NCBI GenBank assembly: GCA_002269645.1
Contig: NIVC01002897.1
Coordinates: 62,001 to 126,000, forward strand
Reading direction: 5' to 3'
From: Macrostomum lignano
Taxonomy: Eukaryota
Length of the DNA: 64,000 nt
Shown here: piece by piece, positions 12,177 to 24,607 of the stretch
How the letters are laid out: every line of letters starts with the position of its first letter
Position numbering within the stretch: the first letter of the stretch is position 1
Position numbers and translations under genes: made by a program
Notes under the pieces: model-generated
What the model was told of the DNA's origin: nothing
Databases searched by the model: none
The model's input: the letters and a program-made list of their open reading frames with translations, nothing else

Positions 12177-12879
12177 TTGTCTTGAATTGTGGCCCTTATA
12201 ATTTAATTCTTATAGCAAATCGGTTAGAGTAAAAAGTTATGACATAATCAATTTCTCAGTCAGCCAGTATCAGTGTCAATTTAAGTTAGCAATATTGTTA
12301 CGCAATTTAAATCAAGTTTTGTGTGCATTTGTTCGGCACTGTTTTCAACTGGTTGTGATGTAATCTTTATCACAATTGGAATTCAGTCAGTCAGTTTTTT
12401 CTCTAGCATTTTTACAATGCATTTCAGGTCGAAAGAGCTGCTTGACCTTTGCAAAAAAGCATGTTTTTCGAATATTTAATCCCTTTAAAATTGAGAAATT
12501 TCTTAGCCAAGATGCATGTACCGTCCCAGGAAAATTTCTGATCAAATGGTGCAAGTTTGAAGAAAATCGGTTGAGCCATTTTTTCTGAAATCTATCGCAT
12601 ACCTACCTACCCACAGACAACTCATTTTTAGTATATAGGACTAGCAATCTAGTGCGGCCCCCCTTCGGGGCGCCCAATAAGAAAGGAGCAAAAATAGTTC
12701 ATGGAAAACAATAAAAAAACACATTTTCTTAAACACTAATTCCTTCTTCACATTTTAAAAATCACCTTATTCGTGTAAAATTGTCACGGACTAAGATGTT
12801 TGCAAAATTAAAAAATCACTTTTTCTCTAAAATTAACAAACAGTCAACAAAATATCGTTTCCCTAAATAGAAAATATTC

Positions 12880-13320
12880 CCAAGACAGCAAGCAACCCCC
12901 TCCAAAAGTGAACAATCGCAGATAGCAAGCATCCTCTAATGCTCATAGCAAGAATCACCACAGATAGCAAGCATCTGCAGATTAGCAAGCACCCCCAGAT
13001 ATTATAGAAGCATCCACCCAGATAGCAAGCATCCACTCAGATAGCAAGCATTCTGCAGATAGCAAGCACCCCCAGATATTATAGAAGCATCCTGCAGATA
13101 GCAAGCACCCCCCAGATATTATAGAAGCATCCACCCAGATAGCAAGCATCCTGCAGATAGCAAGAATCCCTAAATAGCAAGCATCCTGCAGATAGCAAGA
13201 ATCCCTGAATAGCAAGCATCCCTGGATAGAAAGAATCCCATGCATGTAGCCAGTACCCCCTCTCCCAAATAGCAAGTATCCCCCCTCGAGAGCAAGCATC
13301 CACGAGACAGCAAGTAGCTA
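12880..13320. repeat. CAGATAGCAAGCA-based composite array in the 3' part of Helitron copy 2
   Basis: Homologous to 9150..9505, with longer composite units. Confidence 0.85.
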
Positions 13321-13399
13321 GTGCAAATGTTACTTCCGCTAATGCAATAATCGCTTTCTCAGGTTGTGCAACAATCCACGTCTCAGCGAGCGCAATAAT

Positions 13400-15578
13400 C
13401 TCTTTTTTAGACAGCGCAGTAATCAGCTTCTCAGCTAGTGCAATAATCCTTGGTTTATTAATAGCAATAATCCTTGATTAATCAAGTGCAATAATCCTTG
13501 GTTTATCAAGTGCAATAATCCTTGGTTTATCAAGTGCAGTAATCTTTGGCTTATCAAGTGCAATAATCCTTGGTTTATCAAGTGCAATAATCCTTTGTTT
13601 ATCAAGTGCAATAATCCTTGGTTTATCAAGTGCAATAATCCTTGGTTTATTAAGTGCAATAATCCTTGGTTTATCAAGTGCAATAATCCTTGGTTTATCT
13701 AGCGCAGTAATCCTTGGCTTATCAGGTGCAATAATCCTTGGTTTATCAAGTGCAATATTTGTTTATCAAGTGCAATAATCCTTGGTTTATCAAGTGAAAT
13801 AATCCTTGGTTTATCAAGTGCAATAATCCTTGGCTTATCAACTGCAATAATCCTTGGTTTATCAAGCGCAGTAATCTTTGGCCTATCAAGTGCAATAATC
13901 CTTGGTTTATCAAGTGCAGTAATCCTTGGCCTATCAAGTGCAATAATCCTTGGTTTATCAAGTGCAATAATCCTTGGTTTATCAAGTGCAATAATCCTTG
14001 GTTTGCCAAGAGCAATAATCCTTAGTTTATCGAGTGCAGTAATCCTTAGTTTTCCAAGTGCAGTAATCCTTGGTTTATTAAGAGCAATAATCCTTGGCTT
14101 ATCGAGTGCAGTAATCCTTGGTTTGCCAAGAGCAATAATCCTTGGTTTATCAAGTGCAATAATCCTTGGTTTATCAAGTGCAATAATCCTTGGTTTATCA
14201 AGTGCAATAATCCTTGGTTTATCAGATGCAATAATCCTTGGCTTATCAACTGCAATAATCCTTGGTTTATCAGATGCAATAATCCTTGGCTTATCAACTG
14301 CAATAATCCTTGGTTTATCAAGTGCAATAATCCTTGGTTTATCAAGCGCAGTAATCTTTGGCCTATCAAGTGCAATAATCCTTGGTTTATCAAGTGCAAT
14401 AATCCTTGGTTTATCAAGTGCAATAATCTTTGGTTTATCAGATGCAATAATCCTTGGCTTATCAACTGCAATAATCCTTGGTTTATCAAGTGCAATAATC
14501 CTTGGCTTATCAAGTGCAATAATCCTTGTTTTATCAAGCGCAGTAATCTTTGGCCTATCAAGTGCAATAATCCTTGGTTTATCAAGTGCAGTAATCCTTG
14601 GCCTATCAAGTGCAATAATCCTTGGTTTATCAAGTGCAATAGTCTTTGGTTTATCGAGTGCAGTAATCCTTAGTTTTCCAAGTGCAGTAATCCTTGGTTT
14701 ATTAAGAGCAATAATCCTTGGTTTATCGAGTGCAGTAGTCCTTGGTTTATTAATATCAATAATCCTTGAATAATCCAGTGCATTAATCCTTGGCTTATCA
14801 AGTGCAACATTCTTTACTATCAAGTGCAATAATCCATGGCTTATCAAGTGCAATAATCCTTGGCTTATCAAGTGCAATAATCCTTGGTTTATCAAGTGCA
14901 ATAATCCTTTGTTTATCAAGTGCAATAATCCTTTGTTTATCAAGTGCAATAATCCTTTGTTTATCAAGTGCAATAATCCTTGGTTTATCAAGCGCAGTAA
15001 TCCTTGGCTTATTAAGTGCAATAATCCTTGGCTTATTAAGTGCAATAATCCTTGGTTTATCAAGTGCAATAGTCCTTGGTTTATCGAGTGCAGTAATCGT
15101 TGGTTTTCCAAGTGCAATAATCCTTGGCTTCTTGAGTGCAGTAATCCTTGGTTTGCCAAGAGCAATAGTCCTTGGTTTATCGAGTGCAGTAATCCTTGGT
15201 TTTCCAAGTGCAGTAATCCTTGGTTTATTAATAGCAATAATCCTTGGCTTCTTGAGTGCAGTAATCCTTGGTTTGCCAAGAGCAATAGTCCTTGGTTTAT
15301 CGAGTGCATTAATCCTTGGTTTTCCAAGTGCAATAATTCTTGGCTTCTTGAGTGCAGTAATCCTTGGTTTGCCAAGAGCAATAGTCCTTGGTTTATCGAG
15401 TGCAGTAATCCTTGGTTTTTCAAGTGCCGTAATCCTTGGTTTATTAATAGCAATAATCCTTGATTAATCAAGTGCAGTAATCTTTGGTTTGCCAAGAGCA
15501 ATAGTCCTTGGTTTATCGAGTGCAGTAGTCCTTGGTTTATTAATAGCAATAATCCTTGGCTTATCGAGTGCAGTAATC
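13400..15578. repeat. 24-bp satellite (CAAGTGCAATAATCCTTGGTTTAT) inside Helitron copy 2
   Basis: 24-bp period; gives the 8-aa repeat ORFs LHLINQGL, IIALDKPR and SAIILGLS. Confidence 0.95.
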
Positions 15579-15647
15579 TAAGTGTTTTTATTTAGTCCTT
15601 TAATAAAACCTTTTAATAAAAAATTTTACACTACTACTTTTAAACTA

Positions 15648-15710
15648 CTTAGATTCGAACCTAGGTCGCTGCATTAGCAGTCTGGTCTGTTCAGCTCTAG
15701 GCTAGCTCTC
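15648..15710 (-). pseudogene. tRNA-derived module inside Helitron copy 2
   Basis: Minus strand reads TAGCCTAGAGCTG...AGACTGCTAAT...CTAGGTTCGAATC; homologous to 12114..12176. Confidence 0.55.
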
Positions 15711-16264
15711 ATCGAAGTTATCAGTGATGTTGTACCACTTATATAATTCAACACTCACACCAAGTCAGGTAGAGTAAAAAGTCTCACGAAGCAGTTATGA
15801 CATAATCAATTTCTTAGGCAAGTCAGTACCAGTGTCTATGAAAGTTTACAATATGGTTACGTAATATAAATTCAGTACTGCGCTATGCTTTCACACTCAA
15901 AGCTGTGACGCAATTCAATTGAGTGTCAAATTCAGCCAGTACACAGACGATAAATAAAGTGTATTGTGATGCAATCTATTTCAGAATCAGAATTCAACCA
16001 GTCAGTTTTTCTGCTAGCATTCTTCCGATGCATTTCAAGTCGAAAGAGCTGCTTGACCTTTGCAAAAAAGCATGTTTTTCGAATATTTAATCCCTTTAGC
16101 ATCAAGCAATTTCTTAGCCACGATGCATGTACTGTCACGGGAAAATTTCTGATCGAACAGTGCAAGTTCGAAGAAAATCGGTTGAGCCGTTTTTGCTAAA
16201 ATCGATCACACACACACACATACACACACACACATACCGACAGACCATTTTTAGTATATTGGAT

Positions 16265-16416
16265 TTTGGCGAAAACGCGATGAAAATCGGTGAAGAATTG
16301 CAATCTGTAGAGCGTTATGGACATACAAATATTAGAGATTTAGTATATTTAGACTAGAGCGTTATGGACAAGCAAGCATTCAAACATACAAACCTTAGAG
16401 ATTTAGTATATTTAGA
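16265..16416 (-). mobile_element. Two short head-to-tail Helitron 5'-end fragments
   Basis: Minus strand reads A|TCTAAATATACTAAATCTC at 16416, then ...GCTCTAG|TCTAAATATACTAAATCTC at 16353. Confidence 0.6.
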
Positions 16417-16870
16417 TTAATGTGACGGCACTTGGAATCGAGCCTTGGCCGTTAAGCGAAGCCATTCGAACTCGCGACCTTTGGAAACGCTTGGAAAAGT
16501 CTCAGATTGGGAATGGTGGCTTGGCATTGGCCAGCGCTAGAACCCCCCACCAATAGCCTTTAAAAATATTCGTATTCCGGTGTATGTCTACGCCAAGCTA
16601 TTTCGGCTACGCCAAAAAATGGGCTGTAGCCAACCAGAGATCAACCCGACGCCATGGTATATACTTCGCCTGAAGCTAAAGAAGAGCATTCAGGATTTTT
16701 AGAAGCTCAGTCACTTTTACCGGTACAATTCAAGCTTTAAGATTCCTGGCCTATTCTCGAAAGCGAATACAGTTTTTACTGTCGATAAGTAGACGTGAGT
16801 ATGTGCGAGCGTATGCTATTTGTCTTCTTTTGTGTTTCTGCTTTCAGTGCAATAACTGACAATAAATAGT

Positions 16871-18652
16871 TGATAGATGAGAGATGATAGATGAGAGATG
16901 ATAGATGAGAGATGATAGATGAGAGATGAGGGATGATAGATGATAGTCGATAGATGATAGATGATAGTCGATAGATGATAGATGATAGATGAGAGATGAT
17001 AGATGAGAGATGAGGGATGATACCAGGTAGATGATAGTCGATAGATGATAGATGATAGTCGATAGATGATAGATAATAGATGATAGATGATAGATGATAG
17101 ATGAGAGATGATAGATGAGAGATGATAGATGAGAGATGATAGGTGAGAGATGATAGATGATAGATGATAGATGATAGATGATAGATGATAGATGAGAGAT
17201 GATAGATGAGAGATGATAGGTGAGAGATGATAGATGATAGATGATAGATGAGAGATGATAGATGAGAGATGATAGGTGAGAGATGATAGATGATAGATGA
17301 TAGATGAGAGATGATAGGTGAGAGATGATAGATGAGAGATGATAGATGATAGATGATAGATGAGAGATGATAGATGATAGATGATAGTTGATAGATGATA
17401 GATGATAGTCGATAGATGATAGATGATAGATGATAGTCGATAGATGATAGGTGAGAGATGATAGATGATAGATGATAGATGAGAGATGATAGATGAGAGA
17501 TGATAGGTGAGAGATGATAGATGATAGATGATAGATGAGAGATGATAGGTGAGAGATGATAGATGAGAGATGATAGATGATAGATGATAGATGAGAGATG
17601 ATAGATGATAGATGATAGATGATAGATGATAGATGATAGTCGATAGATGATAGATGATAGATGATAGTCGATAGATGATAGATGAGAGATGATAGATGAG
17701 AGATGATAGATGATAGTCGATAGATGATAGATGATAGATGAGAGATGATAGATGATAGATGAGAGATGATAGATGAGAGATGAGAGATGATAGATAATAG
17801 ATGATAGATGAGAGATGATAGATGATAGATGAGAGATGATAGATGATAGATGAGAGATGATAGATGATAGATGATAGATGAGAGATGAGAGATGATAGAT
17901 GATAGATGAGAGATGATAGATGATAGATGAGAGATGATAGATGATAGATGAGAGATGATAGATGATAGATGATAGATGAGAGATGAGAGATGATAGATGA
18001 TAGATGAGAGATGATAGATGATAGATGAGAGATGATAGATGATAGATGAGAGATGAGAGATGATAGATGATAGATGATAGATGATAGATGAGAGATGATA
18101 GATGATAGATGATAGATGAGAGATGATAGATGATAGATGAGAGATGAGAGATGATAGATGATAGATGAGAGATGAGAGATGAGAGATGATAGATGATAGA
18201 TGAGAGATGATAGATGATAGATGATAGATGATAGATGATAGATGATCGATGATAGATGATAGATGAGAGATGAGAGATGATAGATAATAGATGATAGATG
18301 AGAGATGATAGATGATAGATGAGAGATGATAGATGATAGATGAGAGATGATAGATGATAGATGATAGATGAGAGATGAGAGATGATAGATGAGAGATGAT
18401 AGATGATAGATGATAGATGATAGATGATAGTTGATAGATGATAGATGATAGATGATAGATGATAGATGATAGATGATAGATGATAGATGATAGATGATAG
18501 ATGATAGATGATAGATGATAGTTGAGAGATGATAGATGATAGATGATAGTTGATAGATGATAGATGATAGTTGATAGATGATAGATGATAGATGATAGAT
18601 GATAGATGAGAGATGATAGTTGATAGATGATAGATGAAAGATGATAGATGAT
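16871..18652. repeat. 7-bp microsatellite (GATGATA/GATGAGA)
   Basis: About 1.8 kb array ending roughly 100 bp upstream of the innexin ATG. Confidence 0.97.
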
Positions 18653-18749
18653 AATTTTATGTTAATTTATTATTTATTTGTTAGTTAATTTATGGCTAAT
18701 AAATGCATAGAAACTCAAATCCAATATAATTTATCCCTCAATTGTCAGG

Positions 18750-19059
18750 ATGAATTTCGACTTCTTCCTGAAGGTGAACCAGTTTCGCGTCAGTTTCAGC
18801 CAATACGCCTCCGCTGAAGACTTTATCGATGTGCTCAACTACCTGGTCACCCCGGCCATTTTAATTTTCTTTGCCGGCATCTCCGCATCAAAGCAGTATT
18901 TGTTCACGCCGATTCAGTGCTGGTCCATTATTGAAACTGCCTCTACTCAGCGTATGGAATACGTAGAGAACCTCTGCTGGATCGAGAACATGTACTATTG
19001 GCCTCAGACTGCCACCCTGCCCAAGAATACTCAAGTTGAAAGACGGGAAAGAAAGATGT
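18750..19059 (+). CDS. inx: Innexin, coding exon 1
   Basis: Sequence MNFDFF...EDFIDVLNYLVTPAILIFF...KQYLFTPIQCW...YVENLCWIENMYY contains TM1 and the first-loop Cys pair typical of innexins. Donor T|GTGAGT, phase 1. Confidence 0.92.
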
Positions 19060-19240
19060 GTGAGTTTGCTATCTGAGAATATTTTTGCTTGCATTCGTTC
19101 AAGAAGATGAATCAAAATAATGAGGCTGAACCAGAATTTGGATGCGAAGGTTTCTAAAGAATTTATTGTGCTTTGTAGATAAACAACCTGTTTTATACCG
19201 ATTTAGAATATAGTAATCCACTGATGGCCTTTATCGTTCT

Positions 19241-19441
19241 GTCAGTCAGTCGGTCAGTCAGTCAGTCAGTCAGTCAGTCAGTCAGTCAGTCAGTCAGTCA
19301 GTCAGTCAGTCAGTCAGTCAGTCAGTCAGTCAGTCAGTCAGTCAGTCAGTCAGTCAGTCAGTCAGTCAGTCAGTCAGTCAGTCACCCACTCACTCAAGTC
19401 AGTCAGTCAGTCAGTCAGTCAGTCAGTCAGTCAGTCAGTCA

Positions 19442-19501
<60 letters not shown>

Positions 19502-19504
19502 GCC

Positions 19505-19597
<93 letters not shown>

Positions 19598-19598
19598 G
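19241..19598. repeat. Compound microsatellite (GTCA)n then (GTCT)n in the innexin intron
   Basis: Read directly from the sequence. Confidence 0.97.
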
Positions 19599-20209
19599 GC
19601 ATTTTCGCGCGCACACAAGCACCCAATGCTCTTGCAGAGTGAGTTAGCTCGATGTATTTACAAGTCCATATTCAATCAAGTCCTAGAAAAATATAAAGTT
19701 TGAATCCAGGAGGGCGAAACCACGAGGCAGCCCCGCACCCAACCTACCTGATCGACATTTGCGGCGAGTTTCAAGCGAAAAAAAAACACAATTTAGTCAA
19801 CGGCCTGAAACTTTTCACGCTGAAACCACCGTCCCGTCTGGTGACGAAAGCAAGAGAGATGGACTGCGATCTTTTTCTCGTCTTTGCCGCTAGCCTTGCC
19901 GCCTTGTGTTAATAGTCCGCTTCGTGGGTGCGGGATTTAGTCAGTCGGTACCGATTTTTGCTCGCAAATTCTGTGGGATGCATTTTTCCTCGTCTCTTGT
20001 TAATTCGTCTTGGAACCTGTTATTTCTAGGGATCTTTGGGTGATCTATCGTTGCTTTTTACACAGCAATGTATTTGGCGCATGCAGACGGTAGCCTATGG
20101 GAACACTTCTGATGCTATTGTCTAAGCCAGGGGTCGGCCAACTCCGGCCTTCGGGTCCTTTGAAACTCTCTTTAACAGCAATCCGGTCCGCTCAGGGTTT
20201 GTGTCTCTT

Positions 20210-21140
20210 CTCAGCTCTCTCCTCTCTCCCTACTCACCCCTATTCCCTCTCTTCCCTCTCTCCTCTTATCTTTTCTCTGTCTCTCACTCCCCTCTCGCCC
20301 TCTCTCCCTACTCACCCTTTTCTCCCCTCTTCCCTATCTCCCCTCTCTCCCTCTCTCCCCCTCTCCCCTCTCTCCCTCTCTCCCTCTCTCCTCTCTTCCC
20401 TCTCCTCTCTCCCTCTCTCCCTCTTTCCCTCTCTCCCCCTCTCCCCTCTCTCCCTCTCTCCTCTCTCCCCTCTCTCCTCTCTCCCCTCTCTCCTCTCTCC
20501 CCTCTCTCCCCTCTTCCCTCTCTCCTCTCTCCCCTCTCCTCTCTCCCCTCTCTCCTCTCTCCCTCTCTCCCCTCTCTCCCCTCTCTCCTCTCTCCCCTCT
20601 CTCCCCTCTTCCCTCTCTCCTCTCTCCCCTCTCTCCCCTCTTCCCTCTATCCTCTCTCCCCTCTCTCCTCTCTCCACTCTCTCCTCTCTCCTCTCTCCCC
20701 TCTCTCCCCTCTTCCCTCTCTCCTCTCTCCCCTCTTCCCTCTCTCCTCTCTCCCTTCTTTCCTCTCTCCCCTCTCTCCCCTCTCTCCCTCTCTCCCCTCT
20801 CTCCCCTCTCCCCTCTCTCCCCTCTCTCCTCTCTCCCCTCTCTCCCCTCTTCCCTCTCTCCTCTCTCCCCTCTCCCCTCTCTCCTCTCTCCCTTCTTTCC
20901 TCTCTCCCCTCTTTCCCCTCTCGCTTCTCACCCCTCTCTCCTCTCTCCCTCTCTCTCCTCTCTCTCCTCTCTCCTCTCTCCCTTCTTTCCTCTCTCCCCT
21001 CTTTCCCCTCTCGCTTCTCACCCCTCTCTCCCCTCTCTCCCCTCTCTCCCTCTCTCCCCTCTCTCCCCTCTCTCCCCTCTTCCCTCTCTCCTCTCTCCCC
21101 TCTCCCCTCTCTCCTCTCTCCCCTCTCTCCTCTCTCCCCA
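20210..21140. repeat. CT-rich polypyrimidine low-complexity array in the innexin intron
   Basis: Nearly pure C/T; the associated ORFs are spurious. Confidence 0.97.
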
Positions 21141-22799
21141 ATGTGAGCCAATACAGGGAATTTCGTGTGAAACATTTTCTTTTCTCTACACTTCTGAGTA
21201 AAACAGTTCACTTTCTTTACTTACAAAAAAATCAGATTGCAGGCACCTAAATTTATTCTTCAGATCTTAGATGATGATGCATATAGTGCGATAAGAACTA
21301 TGAATGACTGATTAAAACTGCCAACACTAACAAGCAATAAGATTCTGTTTATTCGAGGCGTTGGCTCGGATTATAACCAATTTTTTTCTGGATTGAAATT
21401 GCAAATGAAGCTCTCCGGTTTTATGTCCCTTGTGCTTGCAATTTGTGGATATCGAATTCGCTAGCAAATAATGCAGACTTAAAGTCCAACCGCATGTGGG
21501 TTCACCAGCATATGTGGGTTCACCATGCTTGTGGATTTTATCGTCAGTAGGTAAACGCGCAATATTAATGTTAGAAACAAGCGCTTTTTTATTCTGTTTT
21601 GTTCTGCAGTTGAACAAATCGTAAAAATAACAGCTTTAACAGAAAAAATAGCGCATGCGGGATATGATGTACCATCGGTTTCGTCTTATTTTAATTGCCA
21701 ACCTGCTAACCTGGTACAGCGGGTAAAATCGTCTGACTTTCGCTTTACGACACGTTCAAAGCTATAAGACTTCGTTTAAACAAATTTATTTAGCGTTATT
21801 TTAATTTTTAAACGAATTTTTTAAACGTGAAATTTAGGATTTTATTTTAGCGAAACAATAAAGTTGCAGAAAAAAGAAGAAAAGATAAAGGAACTTCTGC
21901 TCCAGTAATACTGTACTGTAACTTAAGGAAAAAGGGAATTAGTAATGTAGATAACATCGACAGAACAGCAAGTATACAAATGCCTTATTTTATACTATAG
22001 GCCAAGCATATAGTTGTGCATATGTAGGTAAGGGAAACGTCTATGCCCCTCAGCAGGTTATCCGATTATGCTATCAATAGTGCAAAATCAAATGTTAATT
22101 CAATCATTTTCGCTGGTTACATGCTGCTTAGCGTGTTAGTCATAAGAATATCAACATGGTACATGTAGTACTTGATGCATAATACACTTCTAAATTTAGT
22201 CATGACCAATGCATGTCAATTTATCTACATGTTATAATAGAATAGTTGCTAGTCGAGTTGGGTTAGTGCATTTACCATCAAGTTAAGCAGAGTTGGTCGT
22301 GGTTAGTACGCAGTTATATAGACAAACGTCAAGACTCAAACTTAACTGACCCTCACCCTAACTCGCCCTAACTCATTTTTAGTAAAAATGATAAAATATC
22401 CATAATAGGGTTTAAGAAACGGCAGAATTTAGCTAGCATCCAAAGTATAAGGCCCCAAAAAGTCTGCATATGACGGCGTGTCAATATCTAAGAAACCACG
22501 TGCTTCTCCATATACACTCTTAGACTTCGAAGTGCGAAGTCCGTGATAACATTTGATTTATAACTTTACTAATCAGATATACACACATTTATGTCCATAG
22601 CTAAGTAACAGCAATAGCACCCTACACCAATGGGAATTGCCTCCACAGCCCAAGTAGTGAATTATGTGCTGTTGTTGCAACAGATCCGTGAACAGAATCA
22701 GCCATATGTGATATATTTCTAACTTCATTATCTTCATATTCCTGATTTAAAAGTACGTGTCTGATCTATATTGAAAAGGTTATTCTAAAGTTTAGCTTG

Positions 22800-23854
22800 A
22801 TGCTGGCGCCCCTTGGTGCTGGCGCCCCTTGGTGCTGGCGCCCCTTGGTGCTGGCGCCCCTTGGTGCTGGCGCCCCTTGGTGCTGGCGCCCCTTGGTGCT
22901 GGCGCCCCTTGGTGCTGGCGCCCCTTGGTGCTGGCGCCCCTTGGTGCTGGCGCCCCTTGGTGCTAAAGCCCCTTGGTGCTAAAGCCCCTTGGTGCTAAAG
23001 CCCCTTGGTGCTAAAGCCCCTTGGTGCTAAAGCCCCTTGGTGCTAAAGCCCCTTGGTGCTAAAGCCCCTTGGTGCTGGCGCCCCTTGGTGCTAAAGCCCC
23101 TTGGTGCTGGCGCCCCTTGGTGCTGGCGCCCCTTGGTGCTGGCGCCCCTTGGTGCTGGCGCCCCTTGGTGCTAAAGCCCCTTGGTGCTAAAGCCCCTTGG
23201 TGCTAAAGCCCCTTGGTGCTAAAGCCCCTTGGTGCTAAAGCCCCTTGGTGCTAAAGCCCCTTGGTGCTAAAGCCCCTTGGTGCTGGCGCCCCTTGGTGCT
23301 GGCGCCCCTTGGTGCTGGCGCCCCTTGGTGCTGGCGCCCCTTGGTGCTGGCGCCCCTTGGTGCTGGCGCCCCTTGGTGCTGGCGCCCCTTGGTGCTGGCG
23401 CCCCTTGGTGCTAAAGCCCCTTGGTGCTAAAGCCCCTTGGTGCTAAAGCCCCTTGGTGCTAAAGCCCCTTGGTGCTAAAGCCCCTTGGTGCTAAAGCCCC
23501 TTGGTGCTAAAGCCCCTTGGTGCTAAAGCCCCTTGGTGCTAAAGCCCCTTGGTGCTAAAGCCCCTTGGTGCTAAAGCCCCTTGGTGCTAAAGCCCCTTGG
23601 TGCTAAAGCCCCTTGGTGCTAAAGCCCCTTGGTGCTAAAGCCCCTTGGTGCTAAAGCCCCTTGGTGCTAAAGCCCCTTGGTGCTAAAGCCCCTTGGTGCT
23701 AAAGCCCCTTGGTGCTAAAGCCCCTTGGTGCTAAAGCCCCTTGGTGCTAAAGCCCCTTGGTGCTAAAGCCCCTTGGTGCTAAAGCCCCTTGGTGCTAAAG
23801 CCCCTTGGTGCTAAAGCCCCTTGGTGCTAAAGCCCCTTGGTGCTAAAGCCCCTT
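22800..23854. repeat. 16-bp minisatellite (GGTGCTGGCGCCCCTT / GGTGCTAAAGCCCCTT)
   Basis: 16-bp period with two variants arranged in blocks. Confidence 0.97.
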
Positions 23855-24607
23855 ACTAAGCCGCTCCCAAAGACCTATGGCTTAAGAATAAGTCAAATGG
23901 AGCATAAATAACTGCTTTGGCATTTCCTCATAGATTCACAATAAAACAGCCAGTCAGCATCCAGTTTTTTGTGTGGCCAAATTTTTAGGCTATAAGAAAG
24001 CGATATTTTGACACTTCCCTTATGCTCGCTATATGGCTAATACGCTTGCCAGTGGGAAGAATTACCCCTCTGGGAATTCGGCCAGTGTAAGAAATCCTGA
24101 CTCAGAGGCAGAGCTACACTTTATCGCCCCAAGGATTTTTCCCTTCCCTATTTTGCCTTGTCCCGAATTTTTATGAGTCTCCAACGCTCAGGGACGGGGA
24201 AATGACGGATAGAGGGGAAAACGGCGATCCGGGGGGGGGGAGGAAAAGACCATTAAAAGCAACGCCGCGTGGAGCAGAAAAAAGTAAGATAAACCAATAT
24301 TTTCTGTGTGCTTTTTTTTTCACCATTTCATATAAGTTCGATAATTAAGATTGTCTGTTCAGACTCCACTTCCTGTTTAGCGTGATTGTCTCTAAGATTG
24401 GTGGGCTGTGTGGACTGTGTCTTCGTTACCCGCCCTTCAGGGTCTGCGTGGCCTGACCTACAACTATTAGCATTATTTCCGCTGAGCTTACAGTTAAATT
24501 TCTTCTGTTTTAGGTTTGCTAATCTAAGGCTGCGCTTTTTGTTGCTAAAAATAGACGGAGTTTAAACAAATCTTTTTTGACAACTGATCTTAAAAATATG
24601 TGATTTC

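Larger units (their letters stand above)
9004..12640 (-). mobile_element. Non-autonomous Helitron, copy 1 (carries 23-bp satellite)
   Basis: On the minus strand the 5' end is TCCTATATACTAAAAATG at 12640. The 3' end is a GC hairpin (CCCCCATCGGGGG) about 11 nt before a terminal CTAG (9007..9004), followed by T. These match the canonical 5'-TC...hairpin-CTAG-3' termini. About 550 bp of the 5' part is homologous to copy 2. No Rep/Hel ORF. Confidence 0.8.
12641..16263 (-). mobile_element. Non-autonomous Helitron, copy 2 (carries 24-bp satellite), head-to-tail with copy 1
   Basis: Minus strand reads A|TCCAATATACTAAAAATG at 16263. The 3' GC hairpin (GCCCCGAAGGGGGGC) is followed by GATTGCTAG, which abuts the TC start of copy 1 at 12640. 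The conserved core (GTCGAAAGAGCTGCTTGACCTTTGCAAAAAAGCATGTTTTTCGAATATTTAATCCCTTT) is identical in both copies. Confidence 0.8.

Noticed and set aside
13699-15549. 616-aa ORF of LHLINQGL/IIALDKPR repeats, superficially like an LRR or beta-solenoid protein
   Set aside because: It lies wholly in a 24-bp satellite. The unit is a multiple of 3, so several frames on both strands are open. It has no unique domain, no ATG context and no splice support.
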